This document shows positions 1-338 of a DNA stretch of 338 bases, piece by piece. This stretch comes from a phage: sequence record AH003497.2. One strand, given 5' to 3'. The position numbers and the translations under genes are program-made. Every line of letters begins with the position of its first letter. The first letter of the stretch is position 1. The notes under the pieces were generated by a model. It was not told the DNA's origin. It was given only the letters and a program-made list of their open reading frames with translations, and did not search any database.

Positions 1-11
1 GGGGATACGTG

Positions 12-35
12 CCCCTCCCCACCTACCCGCGCCCC
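12..35 (-). other. Mirror copy of the G-quadruplex motif (G-rich on the - strand, C-rich i-motif-type strand on +)
   Basis: The + strand reads cccctccccacctacccgcgcccc, the exact reverse complement of 304-327. It is the same element by inverted-repeat symmetry, not independent evidence. Confidence 0.45.
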
Positions 36-73
36 TAACATTTTTATTTCCGTCTGTCAATACCCCCTGCATC

Positions 74-110
74 CGATAGGCCCGAACTATCACAAACGGA
101 AAAGCGATAG
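74..110. repeat. Triad of GATAG/CTATC pentamers: GATAG 75-79, CTATC 87-91, GATAG 106-110 (CGATAG hexamer at 74-79 and 105-110)
   Basis: Direct reading: gatag, 7-bp spacer, ctatc, 14-bp spacer, gatag. The innermost copy ends exactly at the inner boundary of the 110-bp inverted repeat. Function is unknown. Confidence 0.5.
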
Positions 111-119
111 CCCAAAACA

Positions 120-219
120 NNNNNNNNNNNNNNNNNNNNNNNNNNNNNNNNNNNNNNNNNNNNNNNNNNNNNNNNNNNNNNNNNNNNNNNNNNNNNNNNN
201 NNNNNNNNNNNNNNNNNNN
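120..219. other. Assembly or scaffold gap (run of 100 N); true length and content unknown
   Basis: Exactly 100 consecutive N characters. A length of exactly 100 is the common convention for a gap of unknown size, so coordinates and distances across it are not physically meaningful. Confidence 0.97.
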
Positions 220-228
220 ATTTTATTC

Positions 229-265
229 CTATCGCTTTTCCGTTTGTGATAGTTCGGGCCTATCG
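229..265. repeat. Mirror copy of the pentamer triad: CTATC 229-233, GATAG 248-252, CTATC 260-264 (CTATCG at 229-234 and 260-265)
   Basis: Direct reading; the same element as 74-110 by inverted-repeat symmetry. Confidence 0.5.
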
Positions 266-303
266 GATGCAGGGGGTATTGACAGACGGAAATAAAAATG
301 TTA

Positions 304-327
304 GGGGCGCGGGTAGGTGGGGAGGGG
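304..327 (+). other. Canonical G-quadruplex motif (four G-tracts of 3 or more, loops 3/5/1 nt)
   Basis: GGGG(304-307) cgc GGG(311-313) taggt GGGG(319-322) a GGGG(324-327) fits the G3+ N1-7 G3+ N1-7 G3+ N1-7 G3+ pattern. Only the motif is seen; folding is not demonstrated. Confidence 0.45.
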
Positions 328-338
328 CACGTATCCCC

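Larger units (their letters stand above)
1..110. repeat. Left arm of a perfect 110-bp inverted repeat (partner 229-338)
   Basis: Manual base-by-base comparison: 1-110 equals the reverse complement of 229-338 with no mismatch. Pairing first fails at 111 (c) vs 228 (c). The window starts at base 1, so the outer extent is a minimum; the repeat may continue beyond the window. Confidence 0.95.
229..338. repeat. Right arm of a perfect 110-bp inverted repeat (partner 1-110)
   Basis: Reverse complement of 229-338 reproduces 1-110 exactly. The gap-proximal bases 220-228 (attttattc) are not complementary to 111-119 (cccaaaaca). The window ends at 338, so the outer extent is a minimum. Confidence 0.95.

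Noticed and set aside
1-49. Rho-independent terminator (GC-rich segment followed by a T-run at 41-49)
   Set aside because: The only stem available (gggg 1-4 with cccc 12-15) is 4 bp and lies about 25 nt from the T-run, and the T-run is interrupted (tttttattt). It does not match a canonical stem-loop plus U-tract.
49-58. Resemblance of tccgtctgtc to the Neisseria DNA uptake sequence GCCGTCTGAA
   Set aside because: Only the 7-base core ccgtctg matches; the flanking bases that define the uptake sequence differ. A partial match of this length is common by chance, so no taxonomic or functional inference is justified.
1-119. Stop-free reading frame on the + strand (register starting at base 1; GDTCPSPPTRAPNIFISVCQYPLHPIGPNYHKRKSDSPK)
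   Set aside because: It has no ATG/GTG/TTG start in frame and no ribosome-binding site, and is only 39 codons. The same register is also stop-free on the opposite strand, so openness is not diagnostic. A stop-free run of this length is expected by chance at a rate of roughly 15 percent. It could be an internal piece of a longer gene, but nothing in the window supports that.
279-307. Sigma70 promoter built on TTGACA at 279-284
   Set aside because: No credible -10 element lies at 15-19 bp spacing (ttaggg/tagggg). A perfect -35 hexamer alone is insufficient. It is kept only as a low-interest note in the findings.
267-338. ATG at 267 opening a stop-free frame to the window end (MQGVLTDGNKNVRGAGRWGGARIP...)
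   Set aside because: There is no Shine-Dalgarno-like motif at proper spacing upstream, and only 24 codons are visible. It is the mirror image of the left-arm open register, so it adds no independent evidence. The low-complexity Gly-rich translation follows from the G-tract block rather than from recognisable protein sequence.
1-338. CRISPR array, tRNA or rRNA
   Set aside because: There are no regularly spaced direct repeats with unique spacers, no cloverleaf-compatible segment of 70-90 nt with conserved tRNA features, and no recognisable rRNA sequence. The only large repeat is inverted, not direct.
1-338. Hairpin telomere or protelomerase target site of a linear replicon
   Set aside because: The long palindrome is compatible in principle, but the bases nearest the centre (111-119 and 220-228) are not complementary and the centre itself is an unsequenced gap. 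Nothing positive supports this over simpler explanations.

Overview
The window holds only 238 bp of real sequence: two 119-bp blocks (1-119 and 220-338) separated by a 100-N run (120-219), the usual placeholder for a gap of unknown length. The dominant signal is that the two blocks are perfect reverse complements over 110 bp (1-110 vs 229-338, 110/110 by manual comparison), with complementarity ending abruptly 9 bp short of the gap on each side. No CDS, tRNA, rRNA, CRISPR array or multi-gene system can be supported from this much sequence, and I do not claim one. Each arm carries three secondary signals: a strand-asymmetric G/C-tract block with a canonical G-quadruplex motif at the outer end, an A/T-rich block, and a triad of GATAG/CTATC pentamers at the inner end. 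The two most plausible readings are terminal inverted repeats (or inverted copies of a repeat) flanking an unassembled interior, or a palindromic fold-back assembly artefact; sequence alone cannot separate them. Because the arms mirror each other, every signal on the + strand of one arm reappears on the - strand of the other and is not independent evidence.
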